From contig CALWUZ010000212.1 of the NCBI GenBank assembly GCA_944384845.1, positions 567 through 64,566 on the forward strand: a stretch of 64,000 nucleotides of DNA. Direction: 5' to 3'. The stretch comes from an uncultured Clostridia bacterium. Lineage in GTDB: Bacteria > Bacillota > Clostridia > Oscillospirales > Acutalibacteraceae. Shown here in pieces: positions 1 through 8,354 of the stretch. The notes under the pieces were generated by a model. That model did not search any database and was not told the DNA's origin. It saw only the letters and a list, made by a program, of their open reading frames with translations. Made by a program: the position numbers and the translations under genes. Positions within the stretch are counted from its first letter, which is position 1. Every line of letters begins with the position of its first letter.

Positions 1-123
1 CGGCGTTCTTGAATCAACATAGCAGGTACTGCCGATTGCCGGGGCTGCACGAAATGTCAAGTTTGTACTGAATACCGCTGTGAAAATCAAAAGCAATGCC
101 ATAAACTTTTTAACAATTTTCAT
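1..123 (-). CDS. 5' end of a secreted-protein gene (first 41 codons; remainder lies left of the window)
   Basis: ATG at 123-121 on the minus strand, with AAGGAG (132-137) 8 nt upstream. Translation MKIVKKFMALLLIFTAVFSTNLTFRAAPAIG... has a basic N-terminus and hydrophobic core, so it looks like a signal peptide. The frame stays open to the window edge. Confidence 0.5.
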   Translation of the reverse strand, partial: MKIVKKFMALLLIFTAVFSTNLTFRAAPAIGSTCYVDSRTP

Positions 124-183
124 TTTCTCTGCTCCTTATAAATTATTTATATATAAACACCTGAACGGTGGAATTTTGGGTAT

Positions 184-220
184 AAAAAAAGCTATCTGCA
201 CTTTTTGAGTGCAAATAGCT
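184..220 (-). terminator. Rho-independent terminator downstream of the CAP/SCP lipoprotein gene
   Basis: 12-bp stem (190-201 agctatctgcac / 209-220 gtgcaaatagct, one mismatch), 7-nt loop. On the minus strand it is followed by a T-run (A-run 184-190 on plus), about 20 nt after the stop at 241. Confidence 0.55.
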
Positions 221-240
221 TGATTTAATTATATTAAATT

Positions 241-1152
241 TTATCCGTAATTTTCCGCCGATGAGTTAATACTGCAATAAATCATTCCGTTACACAAAGT
301 AATGCCGATACCGTCATAAAACATAGAACTGCTCATTAAGGAACTCCAATGGCTTTGGCTGTCTTTAAATGAATTAACTATTGATTCTGCTATTTCCGAC
401 TTAGGCCTAACAGCGGTCCCGCCGTAATAGCAGTTCTCTGTACCTCCATAATCGTAATAATATTCGTCTATGGGAGTAACAGTTCCGGTATCAGGGTCAT
501 ATATGCTGCTTTGCTCTTTCTTTCCGTACTTTAACACCGTAGAAACATACTGAGCACCCGACCATTCGTTACCGTACTCATCAATCCACTTATGGCTGAA
601 CTGGGTAACAAGCTGTTCTGACCTTAAAACTGCAACCTTATTTAATCCTGATAGCATTTCTCTTGTATGAACTCCGGCAGCTTTGCGCTCCTCGTTCAGA
701 ATTTCAAAAACTCTGTTTGCTATCCATTCTTCATCAGTGACGTCCGCAATTCGGTTATTGTCTTCAAGCTCTTTAGCCGCCTGATTACCGCTTACATTTT
801 CAGAGTTGTTTTTAGCTATGTTGTTATCCGTTTTTAATCCCTGCTGATTTTGAGCCTCAGCGGTATTATCCATTGCGTCCTCTGTCGGTTCGGTATTCTT
901 TTTCAACCCCTCTTCCGCCGGGGCAGCTTCAAAATCCTGAGCGGCCGTTGCGTCAAGCTCCGAAGAGCTTTTTTCATCTGAATCGTCTTCGGCTTCCTTT
1001 ATACCCGAAACATTACTCTCACTCGTAAAGAGCGCGGCGTCTAAAGCTGTATTTACGGTTTCTGAATTACAGCCTGTCATAATAAGAAATAAAAATAATA
1101 AAGCAATATATTTCTGTTTCACTCTTGTCACTTTTCCTTTCCGTCTGATCAT
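241..1152 (-). CDS. Lipoprotein with acidic low-complexity linker and C-terminal CAP/SCP (YkwD-like) domain
   Basis: Internal ATG at 1152 gives MIRRKGKVTRVKQKYIALLFLFLIMTGC with lipobox L-I-M-T-G-C. A D/E/N-rich linker follows. The C-terminal part (EWIANRVFEILNEERKAAGV...LNKVAVLRSEQL...SHW) fits the CAP/SCP-PR1 pattern from memory. The TTG start at 1212 in the ORF track is less likely. Confidence 0.65.
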   Translation of the reverse strand: MIRRKGKVTRVKQKYIALLFLFLIMTGCNSETVNTALDAALFTSESNVSGIKEAEDDSDEKSSSELDATAAQDFEAAPAEEGLKKNTEPTEDAMDNTAEAQNQQGLKTDNNIAKNNSENVSGNQAAKELEDNNRIADVTDEEWIANRVFEILNEERKAAGVHTREMLSGLNKVAVLRSEQLVTQFSHKWIDEYGNEWSGAQYVSTVLKYGKKEQSSIYDPDTGTVTPIDEYYYDYGGTENCYYGGTAVRPKSEIAESIVNSFKDSQSHWSSLMSSSMFYDGIGITLCNGMIYCSINSSAENYG

Positions 1153-1434
1153 AATCTGATTAAATATCACTCTGATTTTACCCCGAATAAACGGTATAAA
1201 ATTTACGCGCAAAGCTCAAAAATGAGTATTGCTCAGAAAACGAAATAGGATTACGGACTGTTTTTGACTGCTGAAAACCTTTATTTACGCGGGTTTGGAG
1301 CTATGATCCTATAAGAACATCTGCTCCAGTCGGGAGCCTCGACACGCAGACGCGTAGTTGAGGTTCTTCTTTTTTGCATTTTTTCTCTCGTATTTAAGCA
1401 ACATCTTTATTGCTGCCTGTTGACAGTCTCAAAA

Positions 1435-1463
1435 ACGCTTGAGCAAAAAGCTCAAGCGTTTTT
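1435..1463. terminator. Perfect 10-bp hairpin flanked by an A-run and a T-run (bidirectional terminator-like)
   Basis: acgcttgagc (1435-1444), loop aaaaa, gctcaagcgt (1450-1459), followed by tttt (1460-1463) and preceded by aaaa (1431-1434). It lies in a 600-bp non-coding stretch. Confidence 0.5.
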
Positions 1464-1554
1464 ATATCCTCTTTTTCACCTTTTTTTCTAGCACCTCTAC
1501 TATGAAATTGCGCGGATTATTCCCTTAGCAACAGCTTTTTCTGCCGAAATCTTA

Positions 1555-1662
1555 AGCAAAACCAACACTATCCCATTTAAGTCCCATCTCCTTGCTGCGC
1601 CTGAGTTGATAATAAGCGTACAGCGGCTCGTCTTTTACCCCCTCAAGAAAGTTTTCCGTTTG
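1555..1662 (-). pseudogene. Possible short remnant of a tyrosine recombinase/integrase (36 codons)
   Basis: My hand translation of the minus strand gives QTENFLEGVKDEPLYAYYQLRRSKEMGLKWDSVGFA-stop. The ...RRS.E..GLKW.DV.F stretch resembles the conserved (T)GLRRSE(LL)GLKW(S)DVDF segment of phage-type integrases. It has no start codon or RBS and is flanked by stops. Confidence 0.25.
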
Positions 1663-1814
1663 TTAAATAGGCACAGAACAGCAGCTGCAATTATTTCAAA
1701 ATTGAGATGCCCGTATTTCCAGCACGCAAGCATCTTGGCTGCCAAGTTAGTTATATGCCAGAGGATACAGGTATCGCCTTGGTTGCATAAAAAGGCAAAA
1801 ATAATCTAATATTT

Positions 1815-3659
1815 TCATAAATTAGATGCCGAAACTATACCGCTCCAGTTTGCAGACAAAACAGCTTTTTCCGTATGACTGTCAAAAGGAAGTCTCTCCT
1901 GTTCAAGCTCAGGTAACGAAAAAGCCTCTCCGTTGAGATATGCCTCTATTCTCTCCTTGGCAGTCATCAGCCTTCTTATCAGACCTCCGAAGCGTATATC
2001 CATTACTTCAAAACCAAATATTTTGTTTTCTTTATTCCACTGCTTTTCAAACAAATCACGGAATTTTCCGACATTTAATATTACTTTGGGTATTATCGTT
2101 TCGGCAATTTTTTTAAGCTGAATATCATCTTTGAGGTCATAAGCGTTTTTAATTTTTACTCCCAGCTCCGCTTTATCTGCCAAAATATCACACAATGCCG
2201 CCGTTGTTTCAAATATATAAGCATATTCCTCAGAAAGGCGGGCGCATTCCTTAAGCTTTTCGGCACATTTTAAATAATATGTGTTATAACCGTCCTTCAC
2301 ATAATAATCGTAAAGACCCATAAGTATGTCTTGATAAAAAAGATATTTTGGCGGATTTTCAGCCATAATTTCTTCCTGCAATCCGTCCGGACGGTTGAGA
2401 TCGTCCAAACAAAAGAAGTCCTCAAAAATACCACCCGTGCAGGTCTTAAAACGATTTGCAAGTTCATCGTCATTTACCGAATCATTAAATCCATATTCAG
2501 CGTAAAGCTGAACCGTCGGCCAGCACGAAAAATAACTCTGCTCATTACCGTTATCTCCCCAAAGTGTAACAAAAACTTCTTTAATGCCGTTTTCAATACA
2601 TTTACTTAACGCCATTTGTGAAATTTTAAGACTGTAACGCAAATTCGGAGCAAAATTATGCCATCTCCTCGCGCCTCCTGCAAAAATAACATTATTGAAT
2701 ATTTCTTTATGTTTTTTTATAAATTCATCATAACGTTCAGGTGTTTTAGAATAATAATCCCAGTAAATTGAATCAACACAATCCGGTATATTAATCGGAA
2801 ATATATCTCGTAAGGATAAATCAGAGTCCGTATACCCTGAACACCCTGCATTGCGCAGCGGCATATCTCCCCAAATCATCGGACGGAAACCGTACTTATC
2901 GCATATATTGCTAACCATATTTAGGTGCCTTGAAAAAAGTGTTTGCTGTTCGGCAGCTCCATGCTTATCAAAATATTTTCCCCGTCCCATAAAGTGTGCT
3001 TCGTCCATACCTATATGTATTCTCTTGCTGCGAAACGCCCTTCGGCAGGCTTTTACCATATTTTCAATAAAAATATATGTATTTTCCTCATCAATCAAAA
3101 GTATACCGGGCAAATCGGTAATAGTCCCGTATGTGTTAGAATATTTCGTCACATTACCTAAATGTCCCAGAGTTTGGATGCAGGGAACCAATTCTACACC
3201 AAACGCGAAAGCATAATCATCAAGTTCTTTGAGTTCAGCTTCGGTATATCTGCCGCGGAAATAGCCGAAATAAGGATTTTCCGATACTTCATATGTGTCC
3301 TCAGTGTAAAGCATAAGAGTATTAAGTCCCATTAAGGCTAATTGCCGTATAATCTTTTTTACCGTTTCACAATTGGCAACAGCATTTCTGGAGCAATCAA
3401 GCATAATCCCGTTCATTGTAAAATTTGACTTTTGAATTAAAGTAAAACTCTCTTCTTCCGCTCTTTCCTTTAAAAGACCTAAAGCTCTGAATAAATATGC
3501 CTTCTCTGAAAAGCATATTACAACACTGCTGCCTCTTTTTGTGATTTTAAGCCCTCCGAGAGCATCATCATATTTAAATTCAAAAATAAAGCCGTAATCG
3601 TTTAGCTTTAAATATTCCTGTATTTCGCCGAGCGCCGCTTTTGCTATTAATGTTTCCAT
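1815..3659 (-). CDS. GH20-family beta-N-acetylhexosaminidase-like protein, no signal peptide (cytoplasmic)
   Basis: GH20-type motifs GIMLDCSRN (R-G-x-MLD-x-SR pattern) and IHIGMDEA (H-x-G-x-D-E catalytic pair). I chose the ATG at 3659 (METLIAKAAL...) because the longer track ORF would overlap the upstream gene. This is the last gene of the minus-strand train. Confidence 0.7.
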   Translation of the reverse strand: METLIAKAALGEIQEYLKLNDYGFIFEFKYDDALGGLKITKRGSSVVICFSEKAYLFRALGLLKERAEEESFTLIQKSNFTMNGIMLDCSRNAVANCETVKKIIRQLALMGLNTLMLYTEDTYEVSENPYFGYFRGRYTEAELKELDDYAFAFGVELVPCIQTLGHLGNVTKYSNTYGTITDLPGILLIDEENTYIFIENMVKACRRAFRSKRIHIGMDEAHFMGRGKYFDKHGAAEQQTLFSRHLNMVSNICDKYGFRPMIWGDMPLRNAGCSGYTDSDLSLRDIFPINIPDCVDSIYWDYYSKTPERYDEFIKKHKEIFNNVIFAGGARRWHNFAPNLRYSLKISQMALSKCIENGIKEVFVTLWGDNGNEQSYFSCWPTVQLYAEYGFNDSVNDDELANRFKTCTGGIFEDFFCLDDLNRPDGLQEEIMAENPPKYLFYQDILMGLYDYYVKDGYNTYYLKCAEKLKECARLSEEYAYIFETTAALCDILADKAELGVKIKNAYDLKDDIQLKKIAETIIPKVILNVGKFRDLFEKQWNKENKIFGFEVMDIRFGGLIRRLMTAKERIEAYLNGEAFSLPELEQERLPFDSHTEKAVLSANWSGIVSASNL

Positions 3660-3675
3660 AAATCTCGCCTCAGTA

Positions 3676-6210
3676 TTAATTATTTTCTCTGTAATATCCC
3701 ACAGCGGGAACTGTAAAACCGTCTGAAATATAATCGGAATCACCGTAATTCACATAGATAACAGCACCGTTTTCATATTTGACGCGTACAACCTCGTCAG
3801 TCAGATAAACATGCTCGGTAATTGCCCTGTTGTTGAGACCGTTTAACGCTTCCCGTATCATTTTATAATTTAGTTGTATATCTTCTTTCAAATAGTCATA
3901 ATTAGTATTATAAATATAAGAATAATCAGTTTCAAAAAGTCTGTCAAAGGCATTCGCCGTCAGTATGTAATGCAGTCCGCTTCCGGTTTCAATAAGCTTA
4001 AGTACCGTTCTCTGAATATTGCCTGAACTGTTTACACATTCGGTGACATAATCTACATATCCGTGAAGCACAATCTGTACAAAAGGAATATCTCTGTAAT
4101 ATGCGTTGATCTCCGAAGAGTATGCCGGAAGGTTATTTATCAGATCCATATAAGGCAGTGCGTAGAGATTGCCGGCATCGCCCAATACCGGTATGTCTTC
4201 TTTAGCAATAGAATTGAGAATACCGGTTATTTCATTTAATGAGTAGCTTCTTCCGAAAAAATCACCGTCTGAATAATCGCCGTAAAGCATAGACGTAAGA
4301 CCCGAAACACCGATTCCGCTCTCAGACAATTCTTCATTTGAAATATAGGACTTATAAAGCTTACTGTAAGACTTAGGTGATACAAGACTGAACTTTGATT
4401 CTGTGTAGCTGTTTGTCTGAGCATCTGGCAGCATCAGCTTTACTATGGAATTATTTATGTTTCTCACTGCCTGCGAGGTTATGGAAAAACCATCACCGAA
4501 AAAGTTTTCGGTTACGGTAAAATTAATATCTAAATATGATTTTATATTATTTTCTTTTAATGTCCCAAGGAGTGTCCTGTAAGCTTTTTCTCCTCCGGCT
4601 GCTTCGCTGAAATTCAAAGCGCCCAGCTTTTGTCGGTTAATGCCCTTTTTATTCCAGCCGGTAAGCAATACGCTGATATTTTCTCCCCCGGCAAGCTTAC
4701 ACAACTCTTCGGAAATTTTTCCTGCCTCATTGAAGGTGGTAACTGCGTATTCACGGTTGACAGGTATAAAGCCCAAAGCTGTTGTATCATAATTAATAAC
4801 ATTTACAAACTCTGCCAACAGCAAAGCTTCCTCTCCATGAACTTTTTTGCTCAGAACCCCCTCTTCAATAAGGCGGTTTCTGTAATACACCGCCATCTCA
4901 GAATAAGCGCTGCTCTCCTGCAAATCACTGAAAAGCACATACTCTGCACAGAATATTTCATCCGCCACGTCTGCGGCAAACAGCTGAACCGGGTTTGAAG
5001 AGCTCATGGCATAGCTGTAAGTATCAATAAGATTAAAAGAGGGTGAAACAGCAGACGCAGCCGCATTTCGGTCAACACTTATTTCCGCCTGCTGATTTCC
5101 TGCTCCTAAAATGCAAAGATAGCCTCCGTAATTTTTGTACTGTCCGAATACCGGCAATGTACATTGCTCCGACATCTCCTCAAGACGTTCGGTTAAAGAA
5201 GCATTGCTGCCGTAAACAGGAAGACGCAGCTCAAGCTCATCCTCCTCATTTCCGGCTTTTATCAAGGCTCCGCATCCCGACGGGATAACAAAATATCCTT
5301 CGTCCTGACCCGCAATGCTGTCAAAATAAGGCAAAATATTAATTTCAGTCAACGGATAATCGCTGTAATATTGACAGTCCGCAGAGTTCACCTGCGCCTT
5401 AAAGCCATTATCTGTCAGAGTATAGCTTACCGAGACCCTGAAAGTCTGCGGATTTTCCCTTTCGGTTGTTGTATTCCCGTTGTCAAGGTTTCTGTCCTCT
5501 GATGTATATCCTGCGCTTCTGAATATTTCATCAGTACGTTTTTTCATAAGATTGGTAGACATATTGGTGAGAATGTAAAGATCTTCATTTCTGAGTCTTG
5601 GATATGTATTCAAAAGATACGTGCGTTCCTCGTCTTCATACTCATTCAATACATACAATCTGTATCTGCGCAATATATATTCTGCGTCTTCCTCATTCAT
5701 TCGGGCAAGAAATTTTTCCAATCTCTCTCTGGAAATAACATCAGGATAAACATAATCTGCCGACATTTCTCCGAAGCCGTATTCAACTTTTACTCCGTCC
5801 TTCAAAGTGAAAACCCTTACCTGGTTTTTATCAACGCTGCTTTCACTGCTGTAAAGAGTTACCTTAGTGGAATTATCGCTGAAATAACTGATAATCAATG
5901 CCGACGAGTACTTACTGTTTCCTGTATTATTGTCCGGTACGGATTTCCACACCCTTCCGGTGGGCTTATGTAAAATAATCGGATTTGCCTGTCCGTCCAG
6001 CAATAAAGAAAAATTTTCATTTTCCGCAGCTATATAACTGTCACTGCCTATAACAAGCTCCGTAATGTCTGTATCTGCCTGTGTGAAAGCAATATCCCCG
6101 CTGCTCATTCCGTAATTTACCGCCTCATCTCCGGAAAGAATAAAGGTCAAACCTGTAAACCCCAAGACAACTGCCAGAACGGTACACCAAGCTATTATTT
6201 TTCTTTTCAT
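3676..6210 (-). CDS. Exported ~840-aa protein of unknown function, N-terminal membrane anchor/signal (DUF5696-like); cassette copy A
   Basis: GGAGGG RBS at 6216-6221. N-terminus MKRKIIAWCTVLAVVLGFTGLTFIL is hydrophobic. It is a clear paralog of ORF 46694-49198, with shared blocks such as LPV(F/Y)G, (L/V)(L/R)L(T/S)GW, (I/V)PF(V/L)..VL(H/K)GYV(D/N)Y and G(S/A)GL(H/Y)(Y/F)ILTA. The DUF5696 label is from memory of database annotations of genes next to YIP1-family genes. Confidence 0.6.
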   Translation of the reverse strand: MKRKIIAWCTVLAVVLGFTGLTFILSGDEAVNYGMSSGDIAFTQADTDITELVIGSDSYIAAENENFSLLLDGQANPIILHKPTGRVWKSVPDNNTGNSKYSSALIISYFSDNSTKVTLYSSESSVDKNQVRVFTLKDGVKVEYGFGEMSADYVYPDVISRERLEKFLARMNEEDAEYILRRYRLYVLNEYEDEERTYLLNTYPRLRNEDLYILTNMSTNLMKKRTDEIFRSAGYTSEDRNLDNGNTTTERENPQTFRVSVSYTLTDNGFKAQVNSADCQYYSDYPLTEINILPYFDSIAGQDEGYFVIPSGCGALIKAGNEEDELELRLPVYGSNASLTERLEEMSEQCTLPVFGQYKNYGGYLCILGAGNQQAEISVDRNAAASAVSPSFNLIDTYSYAMSSSNPVQLFAADVADEIFCAEYVLFSDLQESSAYSEMAVYYRNRLIEEGVLSKKVHGEEALLLAEFVNVINYDTTALGFIPVNREYAVTTFNEAGKISEELCKLAGGENISVLLTGWNKKGINRQKLGALNFSEAAGGEKAYRTLLGTLKENNIKSYLDINFTVTENFFGDGFSITSQAVRNINNSIVKLMLPDAQTNSYTESKFSLVSPKSYSKLYKSYISNEELSESGIGVSGLTSMLYGDYSDGDFFGRSYSLNEITGILNSIAKEDIPVLGDAGNLYALPYMDLINNLPAYSSEINAYYRDIPFVQIVLHGYVDYVTECVNSSGNIQRTVLKLIETGSGLHYILTANAFDRLFETDYSYIYNTNYDYLKEDIQLNYKMIREALNGLNNRAITEHVYLTDEVVRVKYENGAVIYVNYGDSDYISDGFTVPAVGYYRENN

Positions 6211-6227
6211 TTGATACCCTCCTTTTC

Positions 6228-8339
6228 TTAAAGTCTTAGGGTTATTTCTTCAATCAGCAATCCTATAAAGTCTGTCATTTGCTGAACAATCGTGATGCAA
6301 AGCAAAAACAAAAAAACTATAATGCCGATTGCAACTATAATAGCTATGATTGTGGCCAATGTTCTTAACGCCAAATACTGATGTACAACCAGTGTGCCGA
6401 CAAACAGCAAGAAGCCTATCCAGATATAAAAAATCATTCTGATTATGGTATATAGCGCTGCTTCGTCAAGTGAAAGACAATTACTGAGAATTATAAGAAG
6501 CGGAGTGCCTATTATAAACGGAGTAAGCGCATAACAGGAATACATATAAATATATTTGAACGTGCCCGAACCGTTCATAAGCGATGTTACCGACCAATTC
6601 GCAGCACACCACAGTCCAAAAGGCAAAAGAACAGTTAGAACGCCCTGTATCATTATATTAAAGCCCGCATCATTACTTCCTGCAAAAAGATAGCCTGTGG
6701 AAAACGTGCTTATAAGGTTAAGAAGAGTCACCGTTACAAGAATCGCCGTAGCAGACGAGAGCCTGCCTTTGCCCTCGAACTGCATATCCCAAAATCCATC
6801 AAACGGATGGCGCATTATGTAAAAACCGTATTTTATTCCTTCCCACAACGGCTTTTTCTTTTTAAATCCTTTGTTAAGTCTTTTACTATATATTTTTTTA
6901 GCGATAATCAGTACCAAAGCTGTAATAACAATCACACAAATAACAATTCCTGTTATTTCAGTCCCTATTATCTGCCTGTATTCTTTCAGGGCCTTTGAAT
7001 AGTTTTCAGTATCATCAGCCATTTTGAACCAATTCATAGCTTCGATATAGTTGCCGCTGCGAAGCTCGTTTTTACCCAGACCGACAAACGCAAGATTATT
7101 GCCGGAATGCATTTCAAGAAGATTTCTCCAGCACTGGCTTGAAGAAGTATAATCACCCGAAATCTGAGCGTCTATCGCCTTATTGATCAGCATTGTATAT
7201 TCTGTAGGACTGAATATTTTTACAGCTGCGTTACCGTAATCTGAAACCACAATGTTGTCTCTCCACCAACAAACAGCAGTCGGTTTCAGGAACTCATCCT
7301 TTTTATTTCCTAAATTTCCGAAAATATAAAGTAATTCTCCGGATTTATCATATGTAAACACTCTGCCTCTTGTACTGTCAAGAACACAATAAATACCGTT
7401 TTCCTTTACATCCACATCAATAAATCTTGATGCGTTTCCAGAATCTGCTATCCAGGAAACGGTTTCAATAAGATCACCTGCAGGCGGCATGCTGCCGGTA
7501 CGTTTGAGAACGTCAATATTTTTAGGATTAAGTCTTCGCACCGGAGCAAGCGTATTGTCGCTTCCGCCGCTCTTAATGTAACTCAGCATTTCAGAATCAG
7601 TATTTGTAGCAACAGTTGTATAAATAAATCCCTCTGAGTCGATGTCCAAAGCACTGTATTCGGTAGGAACAAACAAAAGCATTCGCGATAACTGCGCTTT
7701 AGTGGAAATTGACCGCCAAAAAAGCTCCGAAAGACTTGGTACAACCGGCACCGAACCGAAAAAGCCCAGAAAATTGCCTTCCATATCCATTTGATAGATA
7801 CCGTTTGTTTCATTATTTACAATTATATACAGACGCTCCGCATCGTCTACCACCAATTTATGCGGAAAAAACTCCACCGTAGAAAGCGTCTTTTCCGCAG
7901 GCGGAGCTCCTGTTTCATTAATATATTCTCCGCTGGCGTCAAGCTTTACTATTCTTTTGTTTCCTGTATCCGCAACATAAATAAAACCATCATCGCTTAT
8001 AAAAAAGCCTTCAGGCATATTAAATCCCAGGCTTTCCCCCAAAACGGAAACAAGCTTATATTCTTTATCTACAACAAAAATTTTACCCTGGGTTTTCTCA
8101 AGAATATACAGCATATCCCCATACACATTTATATCCGCAATATCATTTAAACTTTCGATTCCAAGAGATTGACTATCAACAGAAGCAATCATTTCATAAG
8201 AAGCAGGAGCCATTATCGGCTCTTGTTGATTATTATATGTGTAATTTTTATCAAAGGAAATGCTTGCCGCAGACGCATTTAAAACAGCTACGGCAGCAAT
8301 GACGCTGACAGAGGTAAACAGCTTTATGATTTTTTTCAT
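6228..8339 (-). CDS. Signal peptide + NHL-repeat beta-propeller + single TM + C-terminal Yip1-type 5-TM domain; cassette copy A
   Basis: Signal peptide ...VLNASAAS. NHL-type repeats, e.g. FNMPEGFFISDDGFIYVADTGNKRIVKLDASGEY. TM at aa 461-481, then basic loop KKIYSKRLNKGFKKKK, then HPFDGFWDMQFEGKG and five hydrophobic spans (Yip1 pattern). The GGAGG RBS overlaps the stop of the upstream permease. Confidence 0.75.
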   Translation of the reverse strand: MKKIIKLFTSVSVIAAVAVLNASAASISFDKNYTYNNQQEPIMAPASYEMIASVDSQSLGIESLNDIADINVYGDMLYILEKTQGKIFVVDKEYKLVSVLGESLGFNMPEGFFISDDGFIYVADTGNKRIVKLDASGEYINETGAPPAEKTLSTVEFFPHKLVVDDAERLYIIVNNETNGIYQMDMEGNFLGFFGSVPVVPSLSELFWRSISTKAQLSRMLLFVPTEYSALDIDSEGFIYTTVATNTDSEMLSYIKSGGSDNTLAPVRRLNPKNIDVLKRTGSMPPAGDLIETVSWIADSGNASRFIDVDVKENGIYCVLDSTRGRVFTYDKSGELLYIFGNLGNKKDEFLKPTAVCWWRDNIVVSDYGNAAVKIFSPTEYTMLINKAIDAQISGDYTSSSQCWRNLLEMHSGNNLAFVGLGKNELRSGNYIEAMNWFKMADDTENYSKALKEYRQIIGTEITGIVICVIVITALVLIIAKKIYSKRLNKGFKKKKPLWEGIKYGFYIMRHPFDGFWDMQFEGKGRLSSATAILVTVTLLNLISTFSTGYLFAGSNDAGFNIMIQGVLTVLLPFGLWCAANWSVTSLMNGSGTFKYIYMYSCYALTPFIIGTPLLIILSNCLSLDEAALYTIIRMIFYIWIGFLLFVGTLVVHQYLALRTLATIIAIIVAIGIIVFLFLLCITIVQQMTDFIGLLIEEITLRL

Positions 8340-8354
8340 ACCGACCTGTACCTC

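Noticed and set aside
1153-1212. Longer N-terminal extensions proposed by the ORF track (starts at 1212, 3743, 15877, 32427, 49270, 53128, 32501)
   Set aside because: In each case an internal ATG has a better Shine-Dalgarno spacing. It also either exposes a proper signal peptide or lipobox, or removes an overlap with the upstream gene. The extensions are non-ATG or lack an RBS.
1213-1400. Possible riboswitch or known small RNA upstream of the CAP/SCP lipoprotein gene
   Set aside because: Several hairpins are present, but I could not match the sequence to any RNA family I know (SRP, 6S, tmRNA, T-box, common riboswitches). It is not called without a covariance-model search.
1606-1809. 67-aa plus-strand ORF in the gene-free stretch after the GH20 gene
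   Set aside because: It has no RBS and an odd basic/hydrophobic composition. It overlaps the opposite-strand integrase-like remnant, so it is more likely non-coding.
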